NCBI RefSeq assembly: GCF_006345805.1
Contig: NC_042998.1
Span: forward strand, 181,908,001-181,972,000
Direction: 5' to 3'
DNA length: 64,000 nucleotides
From: Octopus sinensis
Taxonomy: Eukaryota
The notes under the pieces were generated by a model that searched no databases, was not told the origin of the DNA, and saw nothing but the letters and a program-made list of their open reading frames with translations. Numbering within the stretch: the stretch's first letter is position 1; each line of letters begins with the position of its first letter. Positions 49,016-62,788 of this stretch are shown here, one piece after another. Both the position numbers and the translations under genes were made by a program.

Positions 49016-49885
49016 CATTTATCTTACTCTTTTGCTCTCTTTTACTTGTTTCAGTCATTTGACTGCGGCCATGCTGGAGCACCGCCTTTTAATCGAGCAA
49101 ATCGACCCCGGGACTTATTCTTTTGTAAGCCCAGTACTTATTCTATCGGTCTCTTTTGCCGAACCGTTAAGTAACGGGGACATAAACACATCAGCATCGG
49201 TTGTCAAGCAATGCTAGGGGGACAAACACAGACACACAAACACACGCACGCATATATATATGTACATATATACGACGGGCTTCTTTCAGTTTCCGTCTAC
49301 CAAATCCACTCACAAGGCTTTGGTCGGCCCGAGGCTATAGTAGAAAACACTTGCCCAAGGTGCCACGCACTGGGACTGAACCCGTAACCATGTGGTTGGT
49401 AAACAAGCTACTTACCACACAGCCACTCCTGCGTCTATATATTTAAAAAAAAAAAACTATTACCAACACTACGTCATCGAATACTGCGCATTTTGGGGTT
49501 ACTTTGTACCTCATAACATTTGCTCATAAAGAGGTATTATATAATATTTCAAGTAGATGAAATTCCCAGACATTCTGACTGCAGATAGGATTGATGTGTG
49601 TGTGTGTAACTTATACGTTTAAAATATGAGGACGTTCTGAGGTGTTTTGCTGTCAGTTCTTGATATTTTTATGTTGTATTGTCTCAGGTCATCTATTATT
49701 AAGCAGGTCTATAATTAAAAGCGTTCCAGTCGCGACCATCCCAACATTTATGTACGTTAGGGACTACTTATCGTGATTAATGCATTATTCAGCATACCTG
49801 TGTCCCACTCCTACACAGTTTCTTTATGACTTACAGAAAACTTGGTATTTTTCAATGAAATTTTCTATAAGTTCCTTATTACAAT

Positions 49886-50546
49886 ATATATATATGTATG
49901 TATGGTGGGCACATACATACTGACTGACAAATACCACAATTTTAACATAATTTCAGGTTTCATTATAAGTGTGTGTGTCATTATGTATGTACGCGAGTCC
50001 ACCATCTTTTTTCCACGTTAAATTTCGATATAATCGTAATCTCCACCATTTGGAAAGTATTTACAGAAAATTTCATTAAAAAAATATCCACTTTTCCTAA
50101 AGATACGAGGAAACGAATTTTGCGGTAGGGTACACTTGTGTATGTATGCCTATCCTTCTTTTATTTGAAATAATAGCGTGTAAATTTGAGGGAGATTTCG
50201 TTACTATAGCAGGCAGACCAGACGGCTCGACCGCGTAGAGTCTCCCTTGCTGAATCATGTTTCCCATTCTTGAATACGTTACGTATTGAATGTAAAACGT
50301 GTCAATTGTCACAAGTATTTTATTCCATACGTGTTCTGCTGAGTTGTCTTAAACATACTGCGTAGAATATATATTTACGACTTTTGGAATTTCCAGTAAA
50401 CAGCGAAATTCGTTTTATTCCTCTTTCTGTTTTCTTTTCTCATATTCCTCTCCCCTACCACTATAATTCTTTAAGATGACTATGAGTCGAACCCTTTCTT
50501 TCCAAAACAATACCTCTTGAAAACGATTAAAGATTATGATAAAAAG

Positions 50547-50605
<59 letters not shown>

Positions 50606-51258
50606 ATGTATGTATGGTGGGCACATACATACTGACTGACAAATACCACAATTTTAACATAATTTCAGGTTTCATTATAAGTGTGTGTGTCATTATGTAT
50701 GTACGCGAGTCCACCATCTTTTTTCCACGTTAAATTTCGATATAATCGTAATCTCCACCATTTGGAAAGTATTTACAGAAAATTTCATTAAAAAAATATC
50801 CACTTTTCCTAAAGATACGAGGAAACGAATTTTGCGGTAGGGTACACTTGTGTATGTATGCCTATCCTTCTTTTATTTGAAATAATAGCGTGTAAATTTG
50901 AGGGAGATTTCGTTACTATAGCAGGCAGACCAGACGGCTCGACCGCGTAGAGTCTCCCTTGCTGAATCATGTTTCCCATTCTTGAATACGTTACGTATTG
51001 AATGTAAAACGTGTCAATTGTCACAAGTATTTTATTCCATACGTGTTCTGCTGAGTTGTCTTAAACATACTGCGTAGAATATATATTTACGACTTTTGGA
51101 ATTTCCAGTAAACAGCGAAATTCGTTTTATTCCTCTTTCTGTTTTCTTTTCTCATATTCCTCTCCCCTACCACTATAATTCTTTAAGATGACTATGAGTC
51201 GAACCCTTTCTTTCCAAAACAATACCTCTTGAAAACGATTAAAGATTATGATAAAAAG

Positions 51259-51310
<52 letters not shown>
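49886..51310. repeat. 712-bp tandem duplication bounded by (TA)n
   Basis: Identical 71-aa ORFs at 50097 and 50809 (offset 712). The copies look identical by eye. Confidence 0.9.
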
Positions 51311-51317
<7 letters not shown>

Positions 51318-51361
51318 ATGTATATATGTATGTATGTATCTATCTATCTATCTCATATATA

Positions 51362-51870
51362 CCGTAAATCCTCGTGTAGTCGGCTATTGAGTATAATACG
51401 CAGGGGATTTTTAGGGGTCTGTACCTCTGAAAAATCTAAACCTTGTGTATAATACGCACCCCTTCTCTAACTTGAGTCAAGGAGGTCTATATAACGTCCT
51501 TGGTTTGTAAAAATGTATACGGTAACGACCTTATTATTATTGTATATGTAGCATAATGCAAACGTGTAGATTTTTTGTGCATTTTGTTCGCAGAAAATAA
51601 AGAAATAACAGTAATAACGTTTACTAAATGTTGCTTACTGCAAGTTATGGACGATTCTGTTATGACTTCATTGCTTTCAGGCTTAGCTTAAGGTATTTTC
51701 ACGCCCGACATCACAAAATGCGTCTGAATAAACATCGACGGACAGCAAATAGAGACTCGGACATTGTTTAGAAAATAATTTTCATTTTTAACCTTGTATA
51801 TAGTACGCACTAGGGATTTTGACCTTCAAATTTTGAGAAAAATATGCGGATTATACTCGAGGATTTACGG
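51362..51870 (+). mobile_element. Second copy of the pogo-like MITE
   Basis: Colinear with 36116-36627; TA|CCGTAAATCCTC...GAGGATTTACGG|TA. Confidence 0.8.
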
Positions 51871-52079
51871 TATCATCATTATCGTTTAACGTCCGTTTTC
51901 CATGCTAGCATGGGTTGGGCGGTTCGACCGGGGTCGAGATAACCAGGAGGCTGCACCAGGCTCCAGTCTGATCTGGCAGTGTTTCTACAGCAGGATGCCC
52001 TTCCTAACGCCAACCACTCCGTGAGTGTAGTGGGTGCTTTTTACGTGCCACCGGCACAGGTGCGAGGGGAGGCTGGATC

Positions 52080-52955
52080 AAAAGCCCTGCAAAGAACTTT
52101 GCAAACTCTCAGAAGGGGGTAACAATAGAATGTAAGGTGGTCCTGAAAAAGCTGTGTTATCGTTCTCACAATTGTAATAATTTGGTAGGTAGTCCTAGAA
52201 GGGTGTGTAAAACGTTTGCAGGTGAATATGGTGTCTTCGTTTTCCACCAATGGCAGCAGACGTGCTGTTACAAAACTTCATGCTCTGTGAAAACAGAATA
52301 GATAGATGCCCCATGGAGAAAAGAGGGGGATTAGTCATGGATAAATAAATATGGGTAAGTTTGAAAATATACAACAATAGCATCTACTCACCATATGTCG
52401 CAGCGTCGAGGAAAAAAATCTTCTCCAGCTTTGTCCTGGACAGAATTAATAACAGAATTTAAGCGAACTTCTGTTGTGGAAGGAGCTTTGGCTCATTCTC
52501 CGCTATGTACTGGGCAAGCTCGTCAACATTATAACATGTGTCACGCAGCAAATCCGAAGACAGTATGTTTGCACCTTCCTGGTTTGTTGAAGGTAGGTTA
52601 TTCAGCGCCAACACACTACCACCTATATTGTGAACGGTATCTTCGATTTCAAGCAGCGCCGTTGTAAATGAGGTCACTGTACCCGACCTCCATTGATGGA
52701 TTTAGCAACTGAGCCTGACACAGGAAATCTTCAGACATGTAATCTTTGTAGGTAAGCCATAAAGAGACAGGATCACCCAAGTCACACCATAGGAGTAGAA
52801 TAGCGAAAAGCGATCTTAGTCTTTTAGGGGATTTTAATAAAACACCCTCGGCCATAGTGGCGCCCCATTGTGAATCGTCCTCGAAAAGTCCACACCTGAA
52901 GCAGGCTTCCCAAAAAGTGTCACATAATTCACCATCAACAGTTCTTATGTCTCAA
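52080..52955 (-). mobile_element. Degraded Helitron Rep/Helicase coding fragment
   Basis: Minus frames read DIRTVDGELCDTFWEACFRCGLFEDDSQWGATMAEGVLLKSPKRLRSLFAILLLWC..P..LW..YKDYMSEDF, then ALLEIED...LPQQK and FFLDA (start of the Pif1 motif I). Stops and frameshifts are present. Confidence 0.8.
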
Positions 52956-52959
52956 AAGC

Positions 52960-53230
52960 TTTGTGGGCCGAAAACGTCCTGGAGGAGAAGGCGCAGGTGA
53001 AAAACGCTCATGCTGGTTGGGAGGTACAGTGTACACTCTTCATAGACAACAGTTATGCGCATACATGAGTTGCAGGAGAATCACAGAAAAATTAACACAG
53101 AAAGTACTGTTTGTATGTGGAAGATGCACAAGTGCCATAAAAAAATTAAGGATGCATGGGAAATTGATTTTTTTTCAAATACTCTGGAGGGTTCCTGGAG
53201 GTAGTAGATAGTTTTTATTACCTAGGCAAC
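52960..53230 (+). mobile_element. RTE internal fragment (Cys-rich region), truncated by the mariner
   Basis: KLTQKVLFVCGRCTSAI..EVVDSF.YLG matches the RTE at 14400-14600. Confidence 0.65.
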
Positions 53231-53233
53231 CTA

Positions 53234-54533
53234 TGAGGTAGTATCACAAAGTTCTCGGACTAGTTCTGTAGCATGCCAACAGATGGCAGCACATAGTTGC
53301 ATGTGTAGTAAGAGCTAGCAGTGACCTTCATGAGGCAGTGTGCTGAGTGACATTGCTGTGTTTACTTTGCAACTTGTGAAATTTGTGTTTTTGTGATCAC
53401 GTGTACGCTGTAGTCTATGATTTTGTCATGGACAGGAAGTTGGAACAAAGAGCCAACGTGAAATTTTGTGTTAGTCTTGGGAAGTCTGCTACAGAGACAT
53501 TGAGCATGCTTTGGCAAGCTTACAGCAATGAGGCAATGGGTTGTACACAATATTTTGAGTGGCACAGGTGCTTCAAAAGCGGAAAAATGTACCTGGAAGA
53601 CAATGAGTGATCTGGAAGACCTGCCACAAGAATCACCCCTGGAAATGTGGAGAAAATTCCTCAGGTTCTGCATGAGGATTGTCTGAGGACAATCAATGAC
53701 ATTGCTGATGTTGCTGGTTTGTCATATGGGTCCGTGCAGACAATCCTAATGTCTGAATTAAACATGCGGTGTGTCTTTGCCAAATTTGTCCCCCACCTGC
53801 TGACCACTGAGCAGAAAGAACACGTTGAAGTCTGTCAGAATCTCTGTCAGCATGCTGCTGCTGATCGATCCTTCATGTTGGTGATCATCACCGGTGATGA
53901 AAGTTGGGTCTACAGGTATGACCCTGAGATGATGCAGCAGTCGTCACGATGGAAGAGCCCTTCATCTCCACGACCGAAGAAAGTTTGACAGAGTCACAGC
54001 TCAATCAAAAGTATGATCATCATTTTTTTGACATCTGTATTATTGTGCATTGATAATTCGTCCCCCAGGGCCAGACCTTCAATTGAGATTTCTGTGACAT
54101 TTTGAAGTGTTTTAGGGAGGATGTTCAGCAAAAGTGACCAGATCTGTGGAGTGCAAAGAACTGGATTCTTCACAACGACAGTGCACCATCACTGAGCTCT
54201 CTTCACTCATGAGCTCCTTGTCAACAACAATGTGATGTTGCTTCTGCACCCACCCTATTTGCCAGATTTAGCACCTGTGAACTTAACATCTCTTGCCCAA
54301 AATGAAAAGGCAGCTCAGAGGTCACCATTTCAACACTATTGTCAAGATCCAGAGCGAATCGCAGAAGATCCTTGACTTGCTTACAGAAAACAACTTCTAG
54401 GCTGGATTCCAAAAGTGGTAGGAATGCTGGGACCGGTGTATTGCTGCATGAGGTGACTATTTTGAAGGAGATGATGTTAATTGTTATTTTACAACTACAA
54501 AACGTTTCATGAAACATTTTGGGTCACAGCTCA
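53234..54533 (+). mobile_element. Near full-length degraded mariner transposon
   Basis: EQRANVKFCVSLGKSATETL..L..AY, AKFVPHLLT.EQK, IITGDESWVY.YDPE, LHNDSAP. Degenerate TIRs ta|tgagg...ctca. Confidence 0.85.
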
Positions 54534-54927
54534 TTTCTTCATTGTTATAATATTTTGTGGTGAATTGTTAGTTTATGCATTTGTGCGTTAAAAGTTTCTT
54601 TTCAAAAATTTAACAGTTATATTTTGAGGTTTACATCAGGTATAATGCTTGCTCTATGATGAATAACTCTGGTTCCTTTTGAATAAGCTAAAATTACTTT
54701 CTCCTATACCATGGGAGATGGGGAGAAAAAAATGTGATGTTTATGCTTTTCTCCAGTAATAAGTGCCAAGTAAAATGCCTTAAATCACAAATGTTTTTTA
54801 AAAGTTAGAGATGGAAGGGCAACCATTGAAGCATGATGTCTATTGTTGAAAATCTGGAAAGAGAAGGTAGGGTCTGGTTTCCAATGCTTACAATAAAATG
54901 AACTCATGCTAAAGCAACCCAGAATGG

Positions 54928-55260
54928 ATCATCATCATCATCATCATCATCAGCGTTTAACGTCCGCTTTCCATGCTAGCATGGGTTGGATGATTTTGAC
55001 TGAGGGCTGGCGAACCAGATGGTTGCACCAGGCTCTAATCTTGATTTGGCAGAGTTTCTACAGCTGGATGCTCTTCCTAACGCCAACCACTCCGAGAGTG
55101 TAGTGGGTGCTTTTTACGTGCCACCGGCACGAGGGCCAGTCAGGCGGTACTGGCAACGGCCTCGCTCGAATCCTTTTACACATGCCACCAGCACAGGTGC
55201 CAGTAAGGCGACTTTGGTAACGATCACGTTCGAAATGGTGCCCTTTTACGTGCCACTGGC
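54928..55260 (-). mobile_element. RTE 3'-tail repeat (family C), representative copy
   Basis: (CAT)n-cgtttaacgtcc..ccatgctagcatggg..ggatgcccttcctaacgccaaccactcc matches the 3' UTR of the RTE at 13359. Other copies lie at 3549-3696, 12400-12645, 16640-16720, 25430-25715, 26000-26380, 31300-31578, 32300-32830, 51870-52075, 57652-57960, 58384-58600, 59160-59563 and 62446-62710. Confidence 0.85.
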
Positions 55261-56043
55261 ACTGGATGTTAATGTTGAACCATTTGATACCAAGCAAGCT
55301 GAAACTTCCTCTGGCTCTAGTAAAAATGTCTTGTTTTCAAAAGGTCAGAATTATAATCTTCCAAACTTTAGTCACTATTTATGGTCTTAACACTAACTTA
55401 ATGATAACTAAGTTATTTTACTAAATTCTTTGTTATATTTAAAATTAATTGAAAGAAACATGGAGCATGTCTTGATAAGTTTCAACCTGTAATTGAAACC
55501 ATATCCAAGTCTTGACATGGTTATTGTTTACCTCCTATTCTGTGATGTGTGTCACTTTACAGTGAATGATTTTATACAAACGTTTTCTCTCATTAAAAAT
55601 TAGTAATAGAAAATATAAAAATACATTAGATTTGCTATTTTCATATTAGTAGTTGTCAAATCGGCGTCATGGAATTCAAATTTGCTGTTACATAACAATT
55701 TAGCCATGTCTAACAATTATGTCCACACAGTACACTTACACATATGCAATTGTACATTCTCACATATGTATACACACACACACAAAATATTGCTTTCGAA
55801 TTTTGACACAAGGCCAGCAATTTCGGGGAAATGGGTAAGTGGATTACATTGACGCTAGTGCTAGACATACATTCATTATATCACTGTATTCTTGTACTCA
55901 CTACTCACATATACAGTGTGTGTGTGTGAGTGATGGCCAATCCCAATTAAGTAGAGGAGCAGTTGTATTGAATTTCTCAAGTTAGAAGGTGTGTGTGTGT
56001 GTTGTTTCCCCATAATTTTCTCTGCATGTCTGCCTGTTTTTCT

Positions 56044-56532
56044 GTAAATCCATATGATTGAGGCGCAGGAGTGGCTGTGTGGTAAGTAGCTTGTTTACCA
56101 ACCACATGGTTCCAGGTTCAGTCCCACTGCGTGGCACCTTGGGCAAGTGTCTCCTACTATAGCCTCGGGCCGACCAAAGCCTTATGAGTGGATTTGGTAG
56201 ACGAAAACTGAAAGAAGCATGTGAGTGGATATGAGAGACAGAAACTGAAAGAAGCCTGTTGTTGTGTAAGTCCATGTGTGAATGCATATGTGTGTGTGTG
56301 TGTATGTCTCTGTTTGTGTTGGTTTGTTTATGGCCCTATAATTTAGCTGTTCAGCAAAAGATACCGATAGAATAAGTACCAGGCTTTAAAAACATAAGTA
56401 CTGGGTTAATTCATGTGACTAAAATACTTCAAAGTAGTGCCCCAGCATGGCCGCAGTCCAATGAGTGAAATATGTAAATGATAAAAAAACAATCTTTAGT
56501 TGGTCTGGAAATGTCAGTTCACTCAGAACTGT
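56044..56532. repeat. Templated insertion: inverted copy of 56923-57101 plus direct copy of 57267-57576
   Basis: The copies share private variants and non-SINE flank, with microhomology at the junctions. Confidence 0.85.
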
Positions 56533-56866
56533 CAATCTACATGCCCTACACATCCACATGTTATGTTAATGCATTGTGCAACATCAAGTGGATTTAATAA
56601 TAGCTAGTTGTATCTGGCCTTTCTTAGGTTTATTAATACCTAAAAGACATACTCTCTCTCTCTTTTACTTGTTTCAGTCGTTTGATAGCGGCCATGCTGG
56701 AGCACCACCTTTAATCGAGCAACTTGACCCCGGGACTTATTCTTTTGTAAGCCCAGTACTTATTCTATCGGTCTCTTTTGCCGAACTGCTAAGTAACGGC
56801 GACATAAACACACCAGCATCGGTTGTCAAGCTAGGGGGGACAAACACAGACACACAAACACACACA

Positions 56867-56921
<55 letters not shown>

Positions 56922-59900
56922 GACATGCTTCTTTCAGTTTTCGTCTACCAAATCCACTCATAAGGCTTTGGTCGGCCCGAGGCTATAGTAGGAGACACTT
57001 GCCCAAGGTGCCACGCAGTGGGACTGAACCTGGAACCATGTGGTTGGTAAACAAGCTACTTACCACACAGCCACTCCTGCGCCTCAATCATATGGATTTA
57101 CTATATTTTAGATAAATTGCTTTAAAAAGATGCTGATAGATGCAGGTGTATCTATGTGGTAAGATGTTTACCTCCCAACTTCTTGGTTCAAGGCTCAGTG
57201 TTCAGTCCCACAGTGTAGCAGTTTGTGCAAGTGTCTTCTACAATAGCCCTAGGCCTACAAAAGCCTTGTGAGTGGATATGAGAGACAGAAACTGAAAGAA
57301 GCCTGTTGTTGTGTAAGTCCATGTGTGAATGCATATGTGTGTGTGTGTATGTCTCTGTTTGTGTTGGTTTGTTTATGGCCCTATAATTTAGCTGTTCAGC
57401 AAAAGATACCGATAGAATAAGTACCAGGCTTTAAAAACATAAGTACTGGGTTAATTCGTGTGACTAAAATACTTCAAAGTAGTGCCCCAGCATGGCCGCA
57501 GTCCAATGAGTGAAATATGTAAATGATAAAAAACAATCTTTAGTTGGTCTGGAAATGTCAGTTCACTCAGAACTGTTTGCGTCCAAGCAATTCAGAAGAA
57601 CGTTCAAGTTGGGCTTTATAAAGCATAAATATCAAACAAAATAATAAACAATCATCATCATCATCATCATCATTTAATGTCTGTTTTCAATGCCGGCATG
57701 GATTGGATGGTTTGACAGGAATTGGCAATGCCAGGGCCCACACTAGGGTCTATAGTCTGTTTTGGCTTGGTTTTAACCACTGGATGCCCTTCCTAACACC
57801 AAGCACTTCACGGAGTGTACTGAGTGCTTTTTCATGTGTCACCATCGCCAGTACTTTTTAAGGGGCACCAGCACTAGTGCTTTTTACATGGTACCAGTAC
57901 CCGCACCAATGCTTTTAATGTGGCACCTTGGTTTTAGGATCTAAGTCTGTTGTGATGGGTATGTCTTCTTGAGTACAGCAATATAGAAATTAAAAATTGA
58001 TACAGTTTCTGACTTTCTCCTTGGAGAGATGTTCCTTTCTCCCTATGCTAAATTTCAGTTATCTAAGTGGAAAACTGGCCCTAAAACACAGAATTTACAA
58101 ACATTCATCACTATTATCAGTTATTATCCACTTTTCCATGCATACATGGGTCAGATAGAATTTTATTGGGATAGCTGAATGTTCTTCCTGTCAGCAATCC
58201 TCACATGTTTCCAGTGAGGTAATATTTCCCATGGCTCGATATGCTTTTTTATAGATGACTAGAAACAAATAATAATTGCTTGTATGATGATGATGCTTGT
58301 TTACGACAACCACATGGTGGTGTCAGAACAAGGGTACACACATATACACCCACACATATTTACATGCACATATGTGTATATATATCATCATCATCCTTTA
58401 ACGTCCATTTTCCATATTGGCATGGGTTAGCTGGTTTAACTGGGATTGATAAGCTGGAGAGCTCGACCAGGCTCCAGTCTGTTTTGGCCTAGTTTCTATG
58501 GCTGGATACCCTTCCTAACTCCAACTGCTCTACAAAGTGCACTGTGTGTCTTTTATGTGTCACAAGTATGGTTGCTTTTTATGTGTCACTGATACAAGTG
58601 CCAGTCTTTCAGTTCCTGAACAACAGGCTTCTTTGAGTTTCTGCCTACCAAATCCACTCACAAGGTTTTAATCAACCCAGGTCTGTAGTAGAAGACACTT
58701 GCCAAAGTTTGCACATTCTAGGACTGAACCCTAAATCACACAGTTGGGAAGCAAGCTTTTTAACCATACAGCCACTTTTCTATGATCAGATTACATACAC
58801 TTGTTTTGCCACAATGCATATATCCACCATATTTATTCTTAAGTTTGTTTCAGTCACCATAGCCAAAGCCATACTGGTGCACTGCCTTTGAGTATCTGTA
58901 TATGCAATGTTAAGCTGGGTAGCTAGTGAAAGCATGCTGTGTATTTGGATTGAGATTTGAGAAGTGTTTCAACCAGAATCCTCACAGGCAAATAATACAA
59001 GTAGAAATTCTGAGTGGGTAACAACTATAGCATAGGTATAGAGCAGAGGTTCTCAACCAGGGTTCATATGGCACCTGAGGGTCCATATAAGATTTTTGGG
59101 GGTCTACGCAACAAAATAGTAAATTGTGAATCCACAATAGTATTTCAAGGGCCCCTGAAAAATTTTGCTTTAGATCCATGCTGGTGGCACATAAAAAGCA
59201 CCATTTGAGCACGATCGTTACCAGCGTCGCCTTACTGGCACTTGTGCCGGTGGCACGTGAACAAAACATTCGAGCAAGGTTGTTGCCAGTGCCGCTGGAC
59301 TGATTCTTGTGTAGGTGGCACGTAAAAAATACCATTTCTAGCGTGGTTGTTGCCAGTACCGCCAGACTGGCCCTTGTGCTGGTGGCACGTAAAAGCACCC
59401 ACTACCCTCTCGGAGTGGTTGGCATTAGGAAGGGCATCCAGCTGTAGAAACTGTGGCAGATCAGATTGGAGCCTTGTGCAGCCATCTGGTTCTCCAGTCC
59501 TCAGTCGAATTGTCCAACCTATGCTAGCATGGAAAGCGGATGTTAAATGATGATGATGATGATGTATGCATTGATATGTACTGCATGAAACTGCTATGTT
59601 TCTTTCTCTAACATTTTACATAGTTCAACTTACACAAGTTAATGTGTGAAAAACAAAATAGGGATTTTGAAATAAGTTTCTATAAAACTAGTTTTTAAAC
59701 ATCAAATGGTCGTGGGGGTCAACCTGAATAAAATAGTAATGAAAGGGGTCCATAGGTAAAAAATGGATGAAAACCCCTGGAGTAGAGTTTACTTTTTGTA
59801 AAGAATGTGTGGATGGGCAATGTAGAGGCTTCTTCATTGGTTTGGAGTAGGTTGTTGTTTAGCCTCAGGTCATCTCTGGTTAAGTAGATGTATGATCAAA

Positions 59901-61137
59901 AATATTCCAGACATGACCAACTTCTCATTTTATGTCTAGGCACATGAAAGGTGCAGGCATATTCTGTGGTTAAGAAGTTTGCTTGTTTCATGGTTTTGAG
60001 TTCAGTCCCCCCTGTTTTGCACCTTGGGCAAGTGTCTTGTATTATAAACCCCAGGCTGTTCAATACCTTGTGGGTGGATTTCGTTGACAAAAACTGCAAG
60101 AAGTCTGTCTTAAACACACTATAATGTATTTGCATTAAGTATGATATACAGTTGGCTATACATATATATACTCATATATACATGCATACACATATGTATG
60201 TATTTATGAGTGAGATTTTTTTCCTCGTGTTTATGTGTATTTGCTGGTTGTTAACAGTGATGTTACTCAGAATGTTGTTATCAGCTGTCAGTTGTGTAAA
60301 CATATTTGGGTTTCTTGACTTGTTTTGGCATGTTGCATGATCTTTGAAAACATAAGGCTAATTTGTTTTGTGTTGTTTGTTTCCGTTTCTCCGTGTAAAC
60401 ATGTCCAAACTGTTTGTTTATTCAATGGACTGACTGATTATTATCTTGTGTGGAAACAAAAATGACTCATGGTAGGAAGGTCCAAAGAAAATTTTTCTGA
60501 CTCATGCAAGCATGGAAAAGAGGATGTATCCTTCTTTTTTATAAGATTGTGGAATGTGATTTGAGAGAATTTGGTTTCTATTTCAAGCAAGTTGAGCCCC
60601 CTAGATAGAGCTTTTATCGAGAAGGTCCCTTGTTGATTTCAGTTAACCAGAATAATTTAGAAAGTGATTAGTAATAGAACAACATGGTGACACCTCAGTT
60701 TAGTAATAGAACAAAATGGTGACACCTGTGATTTTGTCATATTGTCTTAGCAAAATGACCAGATTTCTTAAGATCTTATAGAGGCTGCTTTGGGAAACGA
60801 GAACAGTAATATTCTTATTGTTAAATCCAAGTAACCCTGATTAAGTAAACTCGTGATCAAAGTCATTCCAGCCATGAGCATCCTGTCTCACATTCAGACA
60901 TTGTGTCCTTTAAAACAGTAGGATGTATTATGAGGATATTTGGCTGCTATTTGTAGCCGGTCATGTAACCAAGTGAAGAGTTCTCTCGTTAGCTTGAAAG
61001 CATTATTGTCATGATAACTGGTGATCTTAAAGATTATAGAAGAAAATGAGACATGTTGCTTCTGAAGAAAATCCTTCTCTGATGAAGAATATACCCCTCT
61101 GTATTGATTAATTGTTAGTGAATGTGAAATGGACTTG

Positions 61138-61430
61138 GTGTGGAAGCACTCCGTCGGTTACGACGATGAGGGTTGTGGTTGATCCGAATCAACGGAACAG
61201 CCTGCTCGTGAAATTAACGTGTTAGTGGCTGAGCACTCCACAGACATGTGCACCCTTAACGTAGTTCTCGGGGATATTCAGCGTGACACAGAGAGTGACA
61301 AGGCCGGCCCCTTGAAATACAGGTACAACAGAAACAGGAAGTAAGAGTGAGAGAAAGTTGTGGTGAAAGAGTACAGCAGGGATCACCACCATCCCCTGCC
61401 GGAGCCTCGTGGAGCTTTTAGGTGTTTTCG
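61138..61430 (+). mobile_element. Fourth short retroposon family (possibly a Ceph-domain SINE body/tail)
   Basis: GC-rich cagcctgctcgtgaaattaacgtg..gagcactccacagac..cccttaacgtagttctcgggga block ending in (TA)n. The family assignment is from recollection. Confidence 0.5.
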
Positions 61431-61903
61431 CTATATATATATATATATATATATAGTATTCCCTGTAATTTAGGAATAATATTTCCTCAAATAATTATTA
61501 TATATATATATATATATTATATATTCAAATGTGTGTGTATGTGTGTGCGTATGTATGTATGTAAAGGCGCGTGGCTCAGTGATTAGAGCGTCGAGCTTCC
61601 GATCGTGAGGTTGTGAGTTCGATAACTGGCAGCGTGTTGTGTCCTTGAGCAAGCCGCTTTATTTCACGTTTATTTTGAGCAACATGGGCGCCTCACAATC
61701 GAAAGAACCTTCCTGGAAGAGATGGACTTGGAAATACATGATGATTAGGAGGGTAAAGATGAAACATCCCCCTAGGTGAAACTTTTGAATTTCTAAGCAG
61801 CATGTCTTACTCCCACTGTGGAGCACTTTGGCAATTGTCTTCTACTATAGCCCTAGGCTGACCAATGCCTTGTGAGTGAATTTGGTAGATAGAAACTGTG
61901 GAA

Positions 61904-62136
61904 GGCGGTGAGCTGGCAGAAACTTTAGCACGCCGGGCGAAATGATTAGCAGTATTTCGTCTGTCACTACATTCTGAGTTCAAATTCTGCCGAGGTCAAC
62001 TTTGCCTTTCATCCTTTCGGGGTCGATTAAATAAGGACCTGTTACGCACTGGGGTCGATATAATCGATTTAATCTGTTTGTCTGTCCTTGTTTGTCCCTT
62101 GTTTGTGTGTAGCCCCTTGTGGGCAGTAAAGAAATA
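61904..62136 (+). mobile_element. SINE family B inserted in a family A copy
   Basis: TSD AGAAAC(T/A)GTGGAA. Confidence 0.8.
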
Positions 62137-62729
62137 AGAAACAGTGGAAGTCTATTGTGTATATGTATATGATGGACTTCCCCGTTGAAGATGACGAATG
62201 AGTGTTCAGCTTTTTATAGTTTATAGGGATCAAATGCTTGTGGCACACATAAGCTCACACTCTCCATCAAATTGACATTGTCTGAACATGCTAGGTGTTG
62301 AAGTGATCACAGAGCAACGTGAGATGAAGCGGTTTGCTCCACCCAGAACATCACCCAGTCTAGGAATTGTAATCACAATCGCTAGATTGTGAGTGCAGCA
62401 CTCTAACCACTAAGCCATACACTCTCACACATATGTATGTGTATGTGTCATCATCATCATCATCGTTTAGCGTCCGTTTTCCATGCTAGCATGGGTTGGA
62501 CGGTTCAACTGGGGTCTGGGAAGCCAGAAGGCTGCACCAGGCCCAGTCTGATCTGGCAATGTTTTCTACGGCTTGATGCCCTTCCTAACACCAACCACTC
62601 CGTGAGTGTAGTGGGTGCTTTTTACGTGCCAGGCGAGGCTGGCAACGGCCACGAATGGATGGTGCTTTTTACGTGCCACCGGCACGAGGCCAGTTGGGGC
62701 GGCGCTGGCAACACACACATATGTATATA

Positions 62730-62788
<59 letters not shown>

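Noticed and set aside
61564-61665. tRNA-like sequence with A and B boxes (also the heads of SINE A and B)
   Set aside because: No complete cloverleaf; it continues into SINE core sequence, so it is a SINE head rather than a tRNA gene.
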